Origin: Eledone cirrhosa
Taxonomy: Eukaryota
Length of the DNA stretch: 64,000 bases
NCBI GenBank assembly: GCA_964016885.1
Contig: OZ024741.1
Span: 114,328,001-114,392,000, forward strand
Direction: 5' to 3'
The notes under the pieces are model-generated. The model ran no database searches, was not told where the DNA came from, and saw only the letters and a program-made list of their open reading frames with translations. The position numbers were made by a program, and so were the translations under genes. This document shows positions 14,152 to 28,038 of this stretch, piece after piece. Position 1 is the stretch's first letter; every line of letters begins with the position of its first letter.

Positions 14152-14235
14152 TAATAAAACGAAGGCAGGTAAAAGTTGACAGGTGATGAAGCGCTAACAA
14201 ATAGTATTGTATTTTGTCTGTTCTCATAAAGTATA

Positions 14236-15930
14236 GGAAACCCTCTCTGCCTACCCGCTGCCCTACCTGTGATATGGAGCCCCGATCATGCTCCTAACTG
14301 CTGATACGGTCATACCCTCGGCTACTGGGGTCCAATAGGGCGACCGTTTGAGACCCCTCCTGTTCGCCCTTGGTATTGACCACATCGCCCGGATTATCAC
14401 GGCCCCTCTCAACGTTTGGTATCTAGATGATGCTACGTTGGGCGGGCCCGTACGGACGGTCTGCCAAGACCTTCAATCGGTGATTCCTGCCCTGGCGGGA
14501 ATCGGCCTCCAGGTCAACTCGGCCAGGTCGGAGGTGGTGAACGTCAGCCTCGATGCTGCGAGCTTTGCAGCCTCCGTCTTGGACGTGCGGTCCATTCTCC
14601 GCCAGGTTCAGGTGACCTCCAAAGAGGATGTCCTCATTCTCGGGTCACCCATCCACCCGCCGGCCATCCGCTCCACCATCAGGTCTAGGCTTCAACAGAT
14701 CCAGACTCTCACGAGCCGACTGGGCTTGATTGACGGCCACCCACCTCTCTTTCTGCTGAGGAACTGCTTCGCCATGCCGAAGCTCCTCTATACACTCCGC
14801 AGCACTCCATGCTAGACCCAGACATCTCTCCTTGCTGACCTCGATACTTGTATCCGAGCAGCAGCCGAGGGGATATGCAACGTCAAGTTTGACGACATAG
14901 GGTGGCAACAGGCCACTTTACCGGTCAGGTATGGCGGCCTTGGCCTCCTGTCCCCGATCTCACTAGCTTTGCCGGCGTATCTTTCGTCGGTAACCTCGTG
15001 CCGCATCCTCGTCAGCAGGGTTCTTCAAAACACAAACGCCTGTGAGACGTGGGACCGGCTGGGACTTAGCCCAGTAGATGTCCCTCCTCCTTCTCCCTCT
15101 GTTGACGTCAAGTCCCCCCAACACACTTGGGATGCCATCCAGTGCAGCCTGGCCTCAGACAGGCTTACGCGCCAGCTCGACCAGCACCGCCTTGCTTGTT
15201 TTCGTGCGGCCTCCAAACCCCACAGTGGTGCCTGGCTCTATGTCCTGCCCTCCTTCTCCACTGGCACGCAGCTAGACAACCATAGCCTGCGAATCGGCGT
15301 TTCCCTGAGGCTCGGCCTCCGGATCTGCCAGCCACACCAATGTCGCTGCGATTCCACCGTGGACTCTTTCATCCTCCACCCGCTTTCCTGTCGCCACAGT
15401 GCCGGCTGCATTCCACTCCATACTGCCCTCAACGAGGTCATTAAGCATGGCTTGGACGCTGCAGGCTTCCTTTCCCAGCTCGAGCCGGTGGGGCTGGATC
15501 AAGGAGACGGCAAAAGGCCAGATGGCATGACCATCTTCCCGTTCCGCGGTGGCAAACCCCTCGTCTGGGATGCCACTTGCACCGACACTTTCTGCAGCCG
15601 CAACCTGGTGCAGTCTGCGACTGACCCAGGTTCTGCTGCACGTCGGGCTGAGGGGGCCAAACTCCTCATATACCGGTCGCTCTCCGACAGATTTGCGGTC
15701 GTTCCCCTGGCAGTGGAAACTTCTGGTGTCCTCGGCCCCGGGGCTACCTCCTTACTCACCACCATAGGTGCTGAGCTGGCCAGCCGCAGTGTGAGCCCCG
15801 TGAGTTGGAGTGGCTTTTCCAGCGCGTCTCCCTTGCCATCCTCCGGGGAAACGCCTTCTCCATTCTGTCCGCCGGGGCTGTGGGTGGGCCCCATCGCGTA
15901 CCAATACTTTAGTTAGATATATAGATAAGA
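14236..15930 (+). mobile_element. 5'-truncated CRE-like non-LTR retrotransposon (RT, zinc finger, RLE), GC-rich
   Basis: GVQ*GD..PLLFAL, WYLDDATL, RYGGLG, PHSGAWL, CRCD..HPLSC, KRPDG..LVWDAT, VPLAVETSG. Confidence 0.82.
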
Positions 15931-16581
15931 TTAGCTTTGCTGTGTAAAAAACTACTTATTATGTTAGGTAATAGATGAAGCTACGTTTTATTTTCGTTTT
16001 CTTTAAACTACCTAATTTAACTAGAGAGAATTTCAGCATTGCCAATCGTTTTATAATTTCAAATATATATATCTTTTTGGTTTTCATGACTAGAAAGTTA
16101 AGTTTTCGAACGTTATTTTCTCTTTAAAATAAAGAATCTAAGAGGGCATACTCGTTAAATAGGGATTTTACTGCAACAGATAACTTAAGAGATAGTGAAA
16201 TAGGTGATAGCATTAATGTAATTTCGAAGAAACTAGAATGTGTTAATCTAAACCTTGTGTTTAGAAGCTGATTATATTTCGAGGTAAGTTAAACAAAAGC
16301 AAAAAAAAAGTGTAGGTGAAACAAAACAAAACTACGACACTAAATAGAAAAGTTTGAAAAAAGTATAACAAATCGGAAAAATAAAATAATAGCCAAAAGC
16401 ATTTTAGAGTGTGTACAATACAAACAAAAATTATTAATGTATAAAGGACGCTAATATGATTTTAAAAAGAAAGGGAAATCTTTATAATCACTTCGATAAT
16501 AGATATATTTAACTCTTTAATAATTCTAGATCACAAGGATGCGCTCTGTAGTGTAGAGAAAACCATTGAGTAATAATAATA

Positions 16582-16797
16582 ATTTCTGATTTAAGTACGA
16601 GGCCAACAATTTTGTGGGAGGAGAAAGTCGATTAAATCGACCCTAGTGAGTTACTGGTACTTTATTTTATCCGCCCCCGTAAGGATGAAAGGCAATGCTA
16701 ATCTCGGTGGTATTTGAACTAAAAACGTAAAGGGCCATAACTCTATGCTGCAAAACATTTTGTCCGACGCACTACCGATATTGCCAATCTACCGCCT
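16582..16797 (-). mobile_element. tRNA-derived SINE (longer-tail subfamily)
   Basis: Same A/B boxes and core; tail adjacent to (AAT)n. Confidence 0.8.
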
Positions 16798-17296
16798 TAT
16801 TAAAATATAATAATGACTTCTTTATTAACGATAGAGTCTTGCTGATCTAATACAGTAAACATAACCTTAAGGATTAAAATACACGTGGGACTGGACAAAC
16901 AAAGTTATGTAAAACGAGAGCAGATGCAAGGGTATTATAGAAAAGTTGATATAAAAAGTTGATAAAACGTGAAAAAGATTTAGGGTTCTCCACAAACACA
17001 TGAGTGGGACTCCATTAGTTAAATCGAGTCAGAGCATCCTACGTTTCTTCTCACCCACCATGCATTAGATACTTCCAGGGGATCACCCAAATCACTGAAA
17101 TCACTCATTGTTTTGGTAGCTTCATCAATAAAAGAACCCACATTTTTTTTTACGAATCATCCGTAATCTTGAAAGGTCTGCAGAAGAGAATACTTAGACT
17201 GTCTTTGTCAACGTCCTGAGCTGCTCTCTGACTATTATGATTCATATATTCCACAAACTCTCTATAAAAAGCAAGCATTGTTTTCTGGCCGCCTAT

Positions 17297-19784
17297 TGCG
17301 TTGTCCAAGTGTTAAACTGTTGTAGGTGCCTGGCAGCATTCTAGATGCCAGATGTCCTACTTGGTGTAATATCAAGGAAACGAACCACGGAAAGACATGT
17401 TACACGAAGGGCGCCCACATAAACCTATACTCCGCTTTCGTGTCATTTCCGTTACAGTATTCGAAATTATAATAGAACCTTTGGGGTAGGTTTAAATGAT
17501 TGATTAAAGATGTTTGATACGCAGGTGAATATACCGACTCTTCAAAAGGCTTGTGTGTCCTCACAGAAAGAACCATTCTAAAGGTGCTTATATACTTAAG
17601 GCTGCGGGAGACAGCTTGATATCCACCAATCCAAATACCGGAGAAGGAAAACGAAATGAAGAACAAAGAAAAAAAAGAATAATAATAATCGTTTTTATTA
17701 GCCACAAAAGGATAACACGAAGAAAATATTAAAGACAACACATGACGGTACAGGACGGGACAACAGGACACAGGACAATACAATGTGAGATTTGTGTGTA
17801 AAAAGTGTGATAACAAAAAACAACCAGCATGTAAAAATACAAACAAAAGAAAATTTCCCAATAGAGGTGGGGGAAGATTTCTGTAGGTGATATCCAGATC
17901 CGTCCTATACGTGACAGCAGCTGCTTGACATAAACTAACATGTTAACCATGCTCGGACACTGAATGAGTGCGTGCAGGACGGATTCGTCGCTTTGCGCGC
18001 ATATTGGATAGGTTCGGCTGATGGCAATTCCATTCTTTTAGAGTTTATCTCGAGCCGACAGTTCCGTCAACACACGGTAGCACTGCCTGGTCAGGAATTT
18101 CTGGAAGTTATCCATGTGCCTTGGTCCAAAGGTCTGTGGGAGTGATTATCATCGACGGCCAGAGTATCCCCAGGAACGTTGTCATTTTTGCCCGCCACTA
18201 ACACTCTATAGAACGCCAACGTGGAGTTTCCACCGATTGTACTGCCGATTCAGTTTTCAAGCGCTCCATATTGGTCTTTGCTTAACCAACGACCGCAACT
18301 CTGCCACGAAGACGAGCCGCGGAAACACGCGTCTAGCAAACTGGAACCACGTATATTCACCATTAAAGAAAAGCTGGAGATAGTGTAGGCTCAACGCATG
18401 TCTGTTCATTATCAGCAAGAGCATACCCTGTCCTTTACACAACGGATGTTGACTGCAAATATACCACCTAAACGAGAGAGAAAACACTCCCGTGCAATCA
18501 GACCTGTGCCACGGCAAGACATCATGGTTAGGCGGTAGGAGATGGTGAATGCTCGGTCCTTCATGGATAGTTTCCTCTTGGTCTGTTTCCAGATGAGAGT
18601 AGCCATCCTGCTCGTCACCTCATCCAAGGTTTTGTCTACTTGGAAATCCAGACCAAACCTGACTCCGAGCAATTTAACCGGTCGACCGTGCAGTTCCCGA
18701 CGACGCTGTTGGACGGCATGGACTTACTTTTCCAGGTGCCGATTCGCTGGCACGCCGAGGTTTCTCGTGTATTCTTATTCCCAACCCCCATCTTGTAGTC
18801 CTTTAGAGCGATGCAGATCGCTTCGATGTGTTTCGTGCTAGATATTACTACCGTGATGTCGTCGGCATATGGTGACATGTATCTCCAGGATCCTATCTCG
18901 GGCGGGATCCACCTCAGCATTCTATATTTTACCATTGACACAAGGCAAGCAATTTGGGATTAGAGGGAAATCAATTATATCGACCTTTTACACAATTGTA
19001 TAAAGAGGGCGCCATAAACCTCAGATTAAATCTTAGGGGTGCCGTCCTGACATACGTGGGCATGTAAATATGGGGAGCCCATCCCTCTCTAGGTCTTAAC
19101 ACAATCAATTCCTTATTTCCTTCCACACACATATGCACACACACAACACACACAATCTTTCCTGCACGCACTCATTCAGTGTCCGAGCATGGCTAACATG
19201 TTAGTTTATGTCAAGCAGCTGCTGTCACGTGTAGGACGGATCTGGATATCACCTTCAGAAATCTCCCCCACCTCTATTGGGAAATTTTCTTTTGTTTGTA
19301 TTTTTACATGCTGGTTGTTTTTTGTTATCACACTTTTTACACAAAAATCCCACATTTTCTTCGTGTTATCCTTTTGTGGCTAATAAAAACGATTATTATT
19401 ATTCTTTTTTTTCTTTGTTCTTCATTTCGTTTTCCTTCTCCGGTATTTGGATTGGTGGATATCAAGCTGTCTCCCGCAGCCATAAGTATATAAGCACCTT
19501 TAGAATGGTTCTTTCTGTGAGGACACACAAGACTTTTGAAGAGTCGGTAAATTCACCTGCGTATCAAACATCTTTAATCAATCATTTAAACCTACCCCAA
19601 AGGTTCTATTATAATTTCGAATACTGTAACGGAAATGACACGAAAGCGGAGTATAGGTTTATGTGGGCGCCCTTCGTGTAACATGTCTTTCCGTGGTTCG
19701 TTTCCTTGATATTACGCCAAGTAGGACATCTGGCATCTAGAATGCTGCCAGGCACCTACAACAGTTTAACACTTGGACAACGCA
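17297..19784. repeat. Inverted duplication, arms 17297-17979 and 19160-19784, spacer about 1.18 kb
   Basis: Mirror ORFs 17400..17861(-) and 19277..19681(+) are nearly identical apart from one ~58 bp indel. Confidence 0.92.
17690..18912 (-). mobile_element. Tx1/L1-clade LINE fragment (RT C-terminal half to 3' UTR)
   Basis: MSPYADDITVVIS; similarity to 10100-10820. Confidence 0.75.
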
Positions 19785-19955
19785 GTTTTCTTCTCCACTA
19801 TTCCCTCTTTCTCAAACTTATTCACAATTCTCTTGCTGGTTCTTGAATGGAGTTTAAAGATGGAAGCCAGAGAATGAATGTTAGTACCATTACTGAAGGC
19901 CTGGATGATCTTAGCTCGCTCAACATTGTTCAGCTGGGAAGACACTGAAGACATA
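19785..19955 (-). mobile_element. Tc1/IS630-like transposase N-terminal HTH fragment
   Basis: [47 protein letters not shown]; cut off by the inverted duplication. Confidence 0.55.
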
Positions 19956-20014
19956 TGTGTGCGTATGTGCATGCATGTGTGCGTATGTGTCTGCATAGGT
20001 ATATGTATGTGTGC

Positions 20015-20147
<133 letters not shown>

Positions 20148-20639
20148 GGGTGTGTGTGGGAATGTGTATATATGTTTATATATACAAAACGACTTCAGCC
20201 TGTTATCTTTCTAGCTAAATATCTCAATAGGTATTGCACTGATACTTGCAAATTCTGGTGTCAGTATGACCAGATGTCTGATCTGGGAACATGGAAAATT
20301 GCAAATTGATTAGTTTATTGGTTTTAAATTTTTTAAAGAATTTGTGAGTGACAGTTTTGCTGTTACACACGGTATATAGTGTATATGATTTGGTGGTACC
20401 AAAATGAGTACACGATATGTATATTCAGGAAAAAACAATGAAGTTTCGTTTACACGTATTTAGGTTTTTATTGTGCATCGACCTGTTACGCACGCTTCGC
20501 AGTAGATTGACTTAAGTCACACAGAAGTTATAGACCCGACTCCATTATCAATCTGCTCTTTTGACTGGTGATTCAACATATGTGTGCATATATGCCTGCA
20601 TGTGTGCGTATGTGTCTGCATAGGTATATGTATGTGTTC

Positions 20640-20761
<122 letters not shown>

Positions 20762-20793
20762 AATCCGTGTGTGTGGGAATGTGTATATATGTT

Positions 20794-20842
<49 letters not shown>

Positions 20843-21409
20843 TATCGATTCCAGTACTAGACTGTTACTTTATTTATCGACCCCGAAAGGATAAAAGGCA
20901 AAGTCGGTTAGATTTGAACTCAGAGTGCAGTGAACCAGAACAAAGCTGTAAAGCATCCAAGCCGACGTTCCAATGACTCTGCAACATCATTTTATAAGCA
21001 AAGTGAAAGTTTACGTAAAAATTACGAACTTACTTAAACAAGAATATCTGATTTCAGATTCTGTTGTTTTATAATTTAATGTTTAGAATTAGATTTACGA
21101 AATACATTTTCTCACGGGAATTTCGAATTGATTTACCATCTAATTGCCTTTGAAGTGGAACTGTAATATGAAGACTAAGGTGAAAATACTTATTTAATCA
21201 AAAAGGAAGATTAAACGGAAGATTGAGATTTAGAATAGGGCTAATAGTATTCTTGTTCAATAATTCAATCAGCTTAAATTGATTTTACAAACCAGAAGGC
21301 AATAAATGTGTATAGAAATTAAACTTTATTTTGGCCTTTGGAGTCAAATTTCGAATATTAACTATTTAGCAAGACTTTAAATGAGGTTCCCAAATAGAGG
21401 TATACTCAA

Positions 21410-21654
21410 ATGACAGTCGTATATATATACAAATATACATATATACATACAGGTCTGTATACATATATATGTACATTCACGTGTGTATACATATAAACCT
21501 TTGCGAGTATATACATATATGCATTCGCGAGTGTATACGTATATATATTCACGTGTGCATACATATATACACTCGCGTGTCTAAATATATATATATATAC
21601 AACTTGCATTTGAACACACACACACACGCGCGCGCGCACACATACACACACACG

Positions 21655-21690
<36 letters not shown>

Positions 21691-21855
21691 CTCGCGTGTG
21701 TATACATATATGCACCCGCGTGCGTATGCATATATACATTCGTGAGTGTATACATATACATTCGCGTGTGCATACATATATGCACTCGTGTGTGTATACA
21801 TATAGGCATTCGTGAGTGTATACGTACATATATTCACGTGTGCATACATATAAAT
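21410..21855. repeat. Degenerate ~22-bp minisatellite (tatacatatatrcaytcgygwgtg)
   Basis: Motif recurs about 15 times, mixed with (CA)n and (TA)n. Confidence 0.65.
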
Positions 21856-22150
21856 GTAGCAGTAATTTGAACTTCTGTGCTGATGTCAGCAAAGTAGGTC
21901 ATATGTCCACAATACTGACCCCTGAACAACACGATGTTCATTTTATCTTTGTTTCGAATTATTGTCGCCAGTTTATCTAGAGCAAACAAACCAACTGAGG
22001 TCAGTGCCAGTTTATTTGAGATAAGACTTTCTTAAGAATATTCTTCTCTTGTTTCTCGAAAGAGACAGAACACATTCTGCTTTCGTCTCTCGAGGGTGAC
22101 ACTACATACAGTTGGTTTTTAAACTTGCTTGCCCTCTAGAAGTCAGCAAA

Positions 22151-22230
22151 GATCAGTCCACACAAAGATCAGTCCACACAAAGATCAGTCCACACAACGA
22201 TCAGTCCACACAAAGATCAGTCCACACAAC
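22151..22230. repeat. 16-bp tandem repeat x5 (gatcagtccacacaam)
   Basis: Direct reading. Confidence 0.92.
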
Positions 22231-22426
22231 ATATTTTGAATTATTTCACATGCGCATACATCACGTAGCAGGATATTAAATTATTAAATATATTTAAGTA
22301 GCGATTTGGTTTTTATTTCATTACCTATCAGATCAGGATAAATCACATATCCAAGGAATCATCTCACCATCATCATAATAAACGCTGTAGTTCATTTTCA
22401 CACCCACAATCCACTGCCCTATAATA

Positions 22427-22605
22427 ATTGTTTCTACTTTTGGCACAAGGCCAGCTATTACCCCAGCGCATTACTGGTACTTTATTTTATCGACCCCGTA
22501 AGGATGAAAGGCAAAGTTTGCCTCGACGGGATTTGAACTCAGAATGGCAAGGGCCGTAACTCTATGCGTCAAAGCATGGCGTCCGACCCTCTACCGTTAC
22601 TGCCA

Positions 22606-22607
<2 letters not shown>
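22427..22607 (-). mobile_element. tRNA-derived SINE
   Basis: Same family as 5877; next to (AAT)n. Confidence 0.85.
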
Positions 22608-22654
<47 letters not shown>

Positions 22655-23098
22655 TTTTCTTTATTAACCACAAGGGTTTACATAAAGTAAACATTAAGGA
22701 CAGTACAGGACAATACAGGACGGTACAAAAGGGCATTTCTGCGTGTAAACCCCCCCCCCCCAAAAAAAAAAACAGAGGATGTATTAATAGAACAATGAAA
22801 AAATTGCCCGATAGTGGGGAGACTTCCGAGGGTCATCGTGGAGAAAGCCCATTAAAAAGCCACGGTGACCCTGGCCACCAGGGCAATTGTCCTCTCCCAG
22901 TTTTCCACCTTCAATTTACAGGCATATACTCAGAGTATGTCCACTCACTCGGGCCATTCTTGCCTCTCTCACCCATCTATCAACAAAAAGCTGGGAAGAG
23001 AGCACCTCCCTCTCTACCCTGATTTTCCTTTTCAAATGAAATTGGAAAAAGTTAATCAGCGCATCACCGAAGAGGTAAGTGCTCGTCTTCAGCCCTTG
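22655..23098 (-). mobile_element. Tx1/L1 3' end fragment
   Basis: Diverged copy of 9576-10003. Confidence 0.75.
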
Positions 23099-25112
23099 AC
23101 ACTTTCCGACTAGAGAAATCGGATCCCTGCTTTTTGTTCCTCCCTGGCGCATACTGCTAGCGGAACGGCCATGTTTACACTATAACAGCAGCAAGAAAAC
23201 TAGCGTGATCAAGCTCAAACTTCGATCAGTGTGACGAATCTAAAAATATGTTATGGCGAAAGTGCAGATAATTTTTGACTTACTCTCATACTTACAAAAC
23301 TGTTGTTTAAACAGCTAGTATATAACTGCTTCATGGCCTCGTTACAATAATTTGCAGAATAAATATATCCTTCACTTTCCAAATGTCATTCAGTTGGAGC
23401 TACGAAGCTTTCATAACATACTAATAGCAATATCTCGTTCTTTTTGGTTTATTTCCTTTCATTAAGAGGAGCTTTTAAAGTATGTTTACAAACCTACCCT
23501 CTTGTATGTAGGTATGTATAAAACCTGAAACTCACGATGACGCCGTGTGGGCACAATAATGTTTAAACCTGCCTCATCAGATTTGAACTCAGGCGATTTC
23601 TCTTCAGAAAAGGTAAGAGTGAGGGTGAGAAAAAGGAAGTGTTATAGAGATATAGAAGAAGAATCGATGCTTGTACTATACTGATATATTTTTTTATCGA
23701 ACTCGAAAAGATGAAAGACAAAGTTGACCTCGACGGGATTTGAATTCAGAGTACAGAGAGCATAGAAGTGGTTTTATGTTAAACAGCTGCTGTCACGTGT
23801 AGGATGGATCCGGCTATCAGCCTGGAAGGGGTAAATTACATATATGCTTGGTATACAATTCTGATAAGTTTATATCTTACTTTGAATGTTACCAATAAGT
23901 CATCTTGGAGAAATAACTCACTGACAAGGATTTATCGCACAAACATCAACAACAACAAAAATCAGCTGGTATTATATGGCGGTGGATTGGTAGTATCGGT
24001 AGACGGTCGGATACCATGCTTTCCAGCATAGTTACGTCTCTTTACGATCTGAGTTCAAATCCCGCCGAGATTGACTTTGCCTTTCATCCTTACGGGGTCG
24101 ATAAAATAAAGTACCAGTAATGCACTGGGTAATTGCTGGCTCTGTGCCTAAATAGAAACAATTATATGTAAGCTATCTAAGCCTAAAGAAAACCGAAGAT
24201 ATTAGCTATATAATTGCTAATTTTGATGGTAGAGAATATCCTCGGTATATTTTTTCCAATAAGACATGATGTGCTAGCTAGAATAATCTGAAATGAAAGA
24301 AGAAATAAATCAGTGTACTACTTACAAAACATTATAAGATATGGGGTTTTATGAAAGCCAATACAATGCAAATTGAAATACAAGAGTGAAACTAGAGTAG
24401 AACAAATTAAGGAAAAGGAAACAAGACAACAGATTACTTTCTTACCATCTATTTCATGATGTTTTGACGTTTGGATATCTTTTTCAAAGGAAAAGAAATG
24501 GAGTTTGATAATGGCGACAATCATAACCAAAGTAAGGACTAAATAGAAATCAAACAATAAGAATAAACACGATCAGCATAACACAAAGGAATAATGGTGG
24601 GAACGAAAATAAAAAAATAAAAAAAAATTAACTCACTTAAAGCACAAATGTGACTTAGTATTACAACACAAGTGGATTGGCAGATTCGTTAGAGAGTCGT
24701 AAAAATTGGCTCAGGATTTTAGTTATAGTTCTTTACATTCTGCGTTCAACTTACGTCGAGGTTATTGTAGATAATCATCCTTTCGGAGTCGATAAAATAA
24801 AGTACCAGCCAAATACAAGAATCCATTTAATCGATTTCTCATTGACATCTAAAGAACAGCTAACTTGCTTAACAATGCATGTTGTTTTTCCAAATAATAT
24901 TTTCTAAATTAGATTTCATACCAGCAATTTTGTGAGGGATGAGAAATCTATTAAATGGATTCTTGTATTTGAATAATAATAATAATTTCTGATTTAAGTA
25001 CAAGGCCAACAATTTTGGGGGAAGAGAAAGTCGATTAAATCGACCCTAGTGAGTTACTGGTACTTTATTTCATCGGCCTCCGTAAGGATGAAAGGCAATG
25101 CTAATCTCTGTG
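23095..25112 (+). repeat. Segmental duplication copy 2, with an internal inversion and a jump
   Basis: 23095-24840 matches 12305-14050; 24840-24971 is the inverted end of that block; 24972-25112 matches 16572-16711. Confidence 0.85.
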
Positions 25113-25623
25113 GCAATGCTAATCGTATGGTGCCCCTACGATTCCATCAGGTGATACGGCTGCATACCTATATACACCGGTAAGTAAAAATGCAATATTT
25201 TGTTTTTGTGGATAATCATGATTCTATGTCGGTCGAATATATTGTTTGCACATTAGTATTGTTATCACTTTAACTTGGCTGCACTGACTTCACACAATGA
25301 GTCGAATTATATAACTTTGATAGAGAAACACAGATGGACACTGGGGAATAAAATTACGCATTTACTTCTACTTCAGGGAAAGCAATTATTTCTTGTCATT
25401 CATTCAATATATAAACAGGACAAGAATTATCTCGAAAAGCTGGCAGATAGATTGGACATAGATTTAATTAAATTTGTCAAATACAGAAATTAAAAGACAA
25501 TTTAAGTTAATGAAATGACAGCAGAAATAAGTGTATGAAGTAATTACACCGGAAATTTAGAAAATCATAATAGAAAATAAGTGACATTCTCCAATAAATG
25601 AGAAAAACTTTATTCTTATAAAG

Positions 25624-25785
25624 CAGGCATGGCAAACTTTTCGGGCAGTGGGCCGCAAAGGATGTGGCTCATCAAAAGGTGGTTCGTACTACTAAAAAAT
25701 CCAAGGCAATTTTGAAATTAGGCATGTCATTCAGAAAGCCAAGCGATCCACATGCGGCTCACAGGCCGCAGTTTTCCCATGACTG
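25624..25785. mobile_element. hAT (Charlie-like) MITE
   Basis: TIRs caggcatggcaaac / gttttcccatgactg; imperfect 8-bp TSD ttataaag / gtgtaaag. Confidence 0.6.
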
Positions 25786-28007
25786 GTGTAAAGAGTACAA
25801 TATAAATAATATTAAGTAAACGAAAAAGATAAAGAAAAAAATAAAATGAAAAATAAAAAATAAATTAAGCAACGAAAGAAAGGGAAGGTGGGGACGGAGA
25901 GGCAGACTGTACCCCCAAGTCTGAGCGGTGTGTTTCAGTTGCAACCTGTGGACAAAATGGCAAAGACTGCGGCGAATGACCAACAAGAGCGGATCGGCGG
26001 ATAAGTGTCGATGAGGTCTGGACATTACTATTTTCAAAGCAACATTATATAACGCTATGTCCTGCAGCGAAACATCTTCCATCTTCCTTAAATAACTTGT
26101 CTTCAAATCCTAGAAAATAGCACGTCCGGAATTGAAATAATATTTCTTCAACTTTTACTTCCTTTTCAGATTTGCTGTATATAATGCTATGTGTTGTAGT
26201 GAAATAACATTACTTTAAATCGTTTCTATCTCTCTGAAAAAAAAAATGTATCATTAAATCTTGGAAAACGATATCTCTGGTATTGAAATAACAGTACTTC
26301 TCATTTACTTTACTCTAATTTTCAAAAGACTAGTATATACCATTATCTCGAAGCGAAATAACATTTCTTTAAATATTAATGAGAAATGATAATGAAAGTA
26401 GCCAGATAAGAGAATAGAACTAAAGATAATTAAGGAAAAGAATTAAGTTTGGAATTTCGGGAGATAAGATTTATAGTTAATAGATAAAAGTCTCTATTCT
26501 AAATCTGTAGCCTGATAAATGTTATAAACGGCCTTCAATCATCCAATATATATTAGCTAAAATATAGTTAATTAGTCTATTAATATCTCTGATAGAAATT
26601 TATGGTATAGCTTAACTTAAAGTTCACTGGAATTGTACAGTAAATTTGAAAAAAAAGAAAAAAAGAGAGGTTTCACTGTTCTATTGTCGTCCACCTTCAT
26701 CTTAATGTCGATTGACAAGGGTAATCGTTCTTAATGAATTCAGACCACCTCTGAAGGGAGGTTAATTTACTGATTTCATGAAGAGTTTAGTGGGTATTGA
26801 TTATATATCTGAACTAATGGTCAGCGACTTGTATTAATGAACATAATAGTGTGGTTAGATTCTAAATGAGATAGAGGGGAGGAGTCTTGAGTAAGGCTTT
26901 TTATTACACGCTACTTCAGTTCACTAAGTACTCAAATTAAAATGAGTATTAGTGGCATCTGCGACGGACAGAACTTAGTCACTTAACGTCCATGGAGCTG
27001 GGATATGCCTCATGGAAAAACATACGTAAAAACAAAACTCGTTAATTCGATATAAATCGATTTGAATTCATCCAAATCTACATATTTTGGTAAACTAAAA
27101 GTCGCTTAACTCTTGATGGAGTCGTAACACACGGCGTATCTTGAGCAATTTAAACATGGCACAGCCTATTCCTTTTCAAATCAGAAAACAACGAATTTCT
27201 TCCAGAGAATGAATCGACCACAGAGCTAGACTGACACTTTTTTTTATCGCCTTTGAAAGGATAAAAGGCAAAGTTGGCATCGCTTGGATTTGAACTTAGA
27301 AAGCAGTAAGCCGAAACAAATACCGAAACATCTCTAATCCACCGTCCCAACGAATCTGCCAACTCTCAACCTTCTGCACATTTTACAAATATTTATTTCA
27401 AGATTGTGTAAATGCAACATGAATAATAGGGTATAAAAAAATTAATTGACTTTTATGGGAAATCGAAACTAGTTTGTGGCTTCCGTTTGCTTCAGCGTGA
27501 AGGTGCGTTTCTTTTTAACAATGCTTTGTGAATAGAAGTTCGCAGACAAATTCGCGTGCATGTGTGTGTGTGTTTGCGTGTTTGTGTGTGTGTGTGTCAG
27601 TGTTTAAGTTTGGGTTTGTCTGTGTTCATATCCCGGAACATAGTGGTTCAACAAAGAAGATGGATAAAATAAATACTAGACTCGATAAAAATTGTACTGG
27701 CATTGATATGATCGACTAAATCATGGCAGCGTCGCCTTCTACTGACTGAGACAAGCACAAGAGTAACAGAATAAAACAAAACAATAAATATGTAATCAAT
27801 TATTCAATGCATGCCAATAGTTTTAATATATAGAGAAGAAACACTCACACACACGCACACGCACCCCCCCTCCACACACATATATATATGCCAATAGTTT
27901 ACAGTTTGACTTAACTACTTTACTCCCATATTCTCTGTTGATTGATCTTTTTATGTTTGTACCCCAAACATATTGCGCATATATACATATTGTATATATA
28001 TACACAC

Positions 28008-28038
<31 letters not shown>

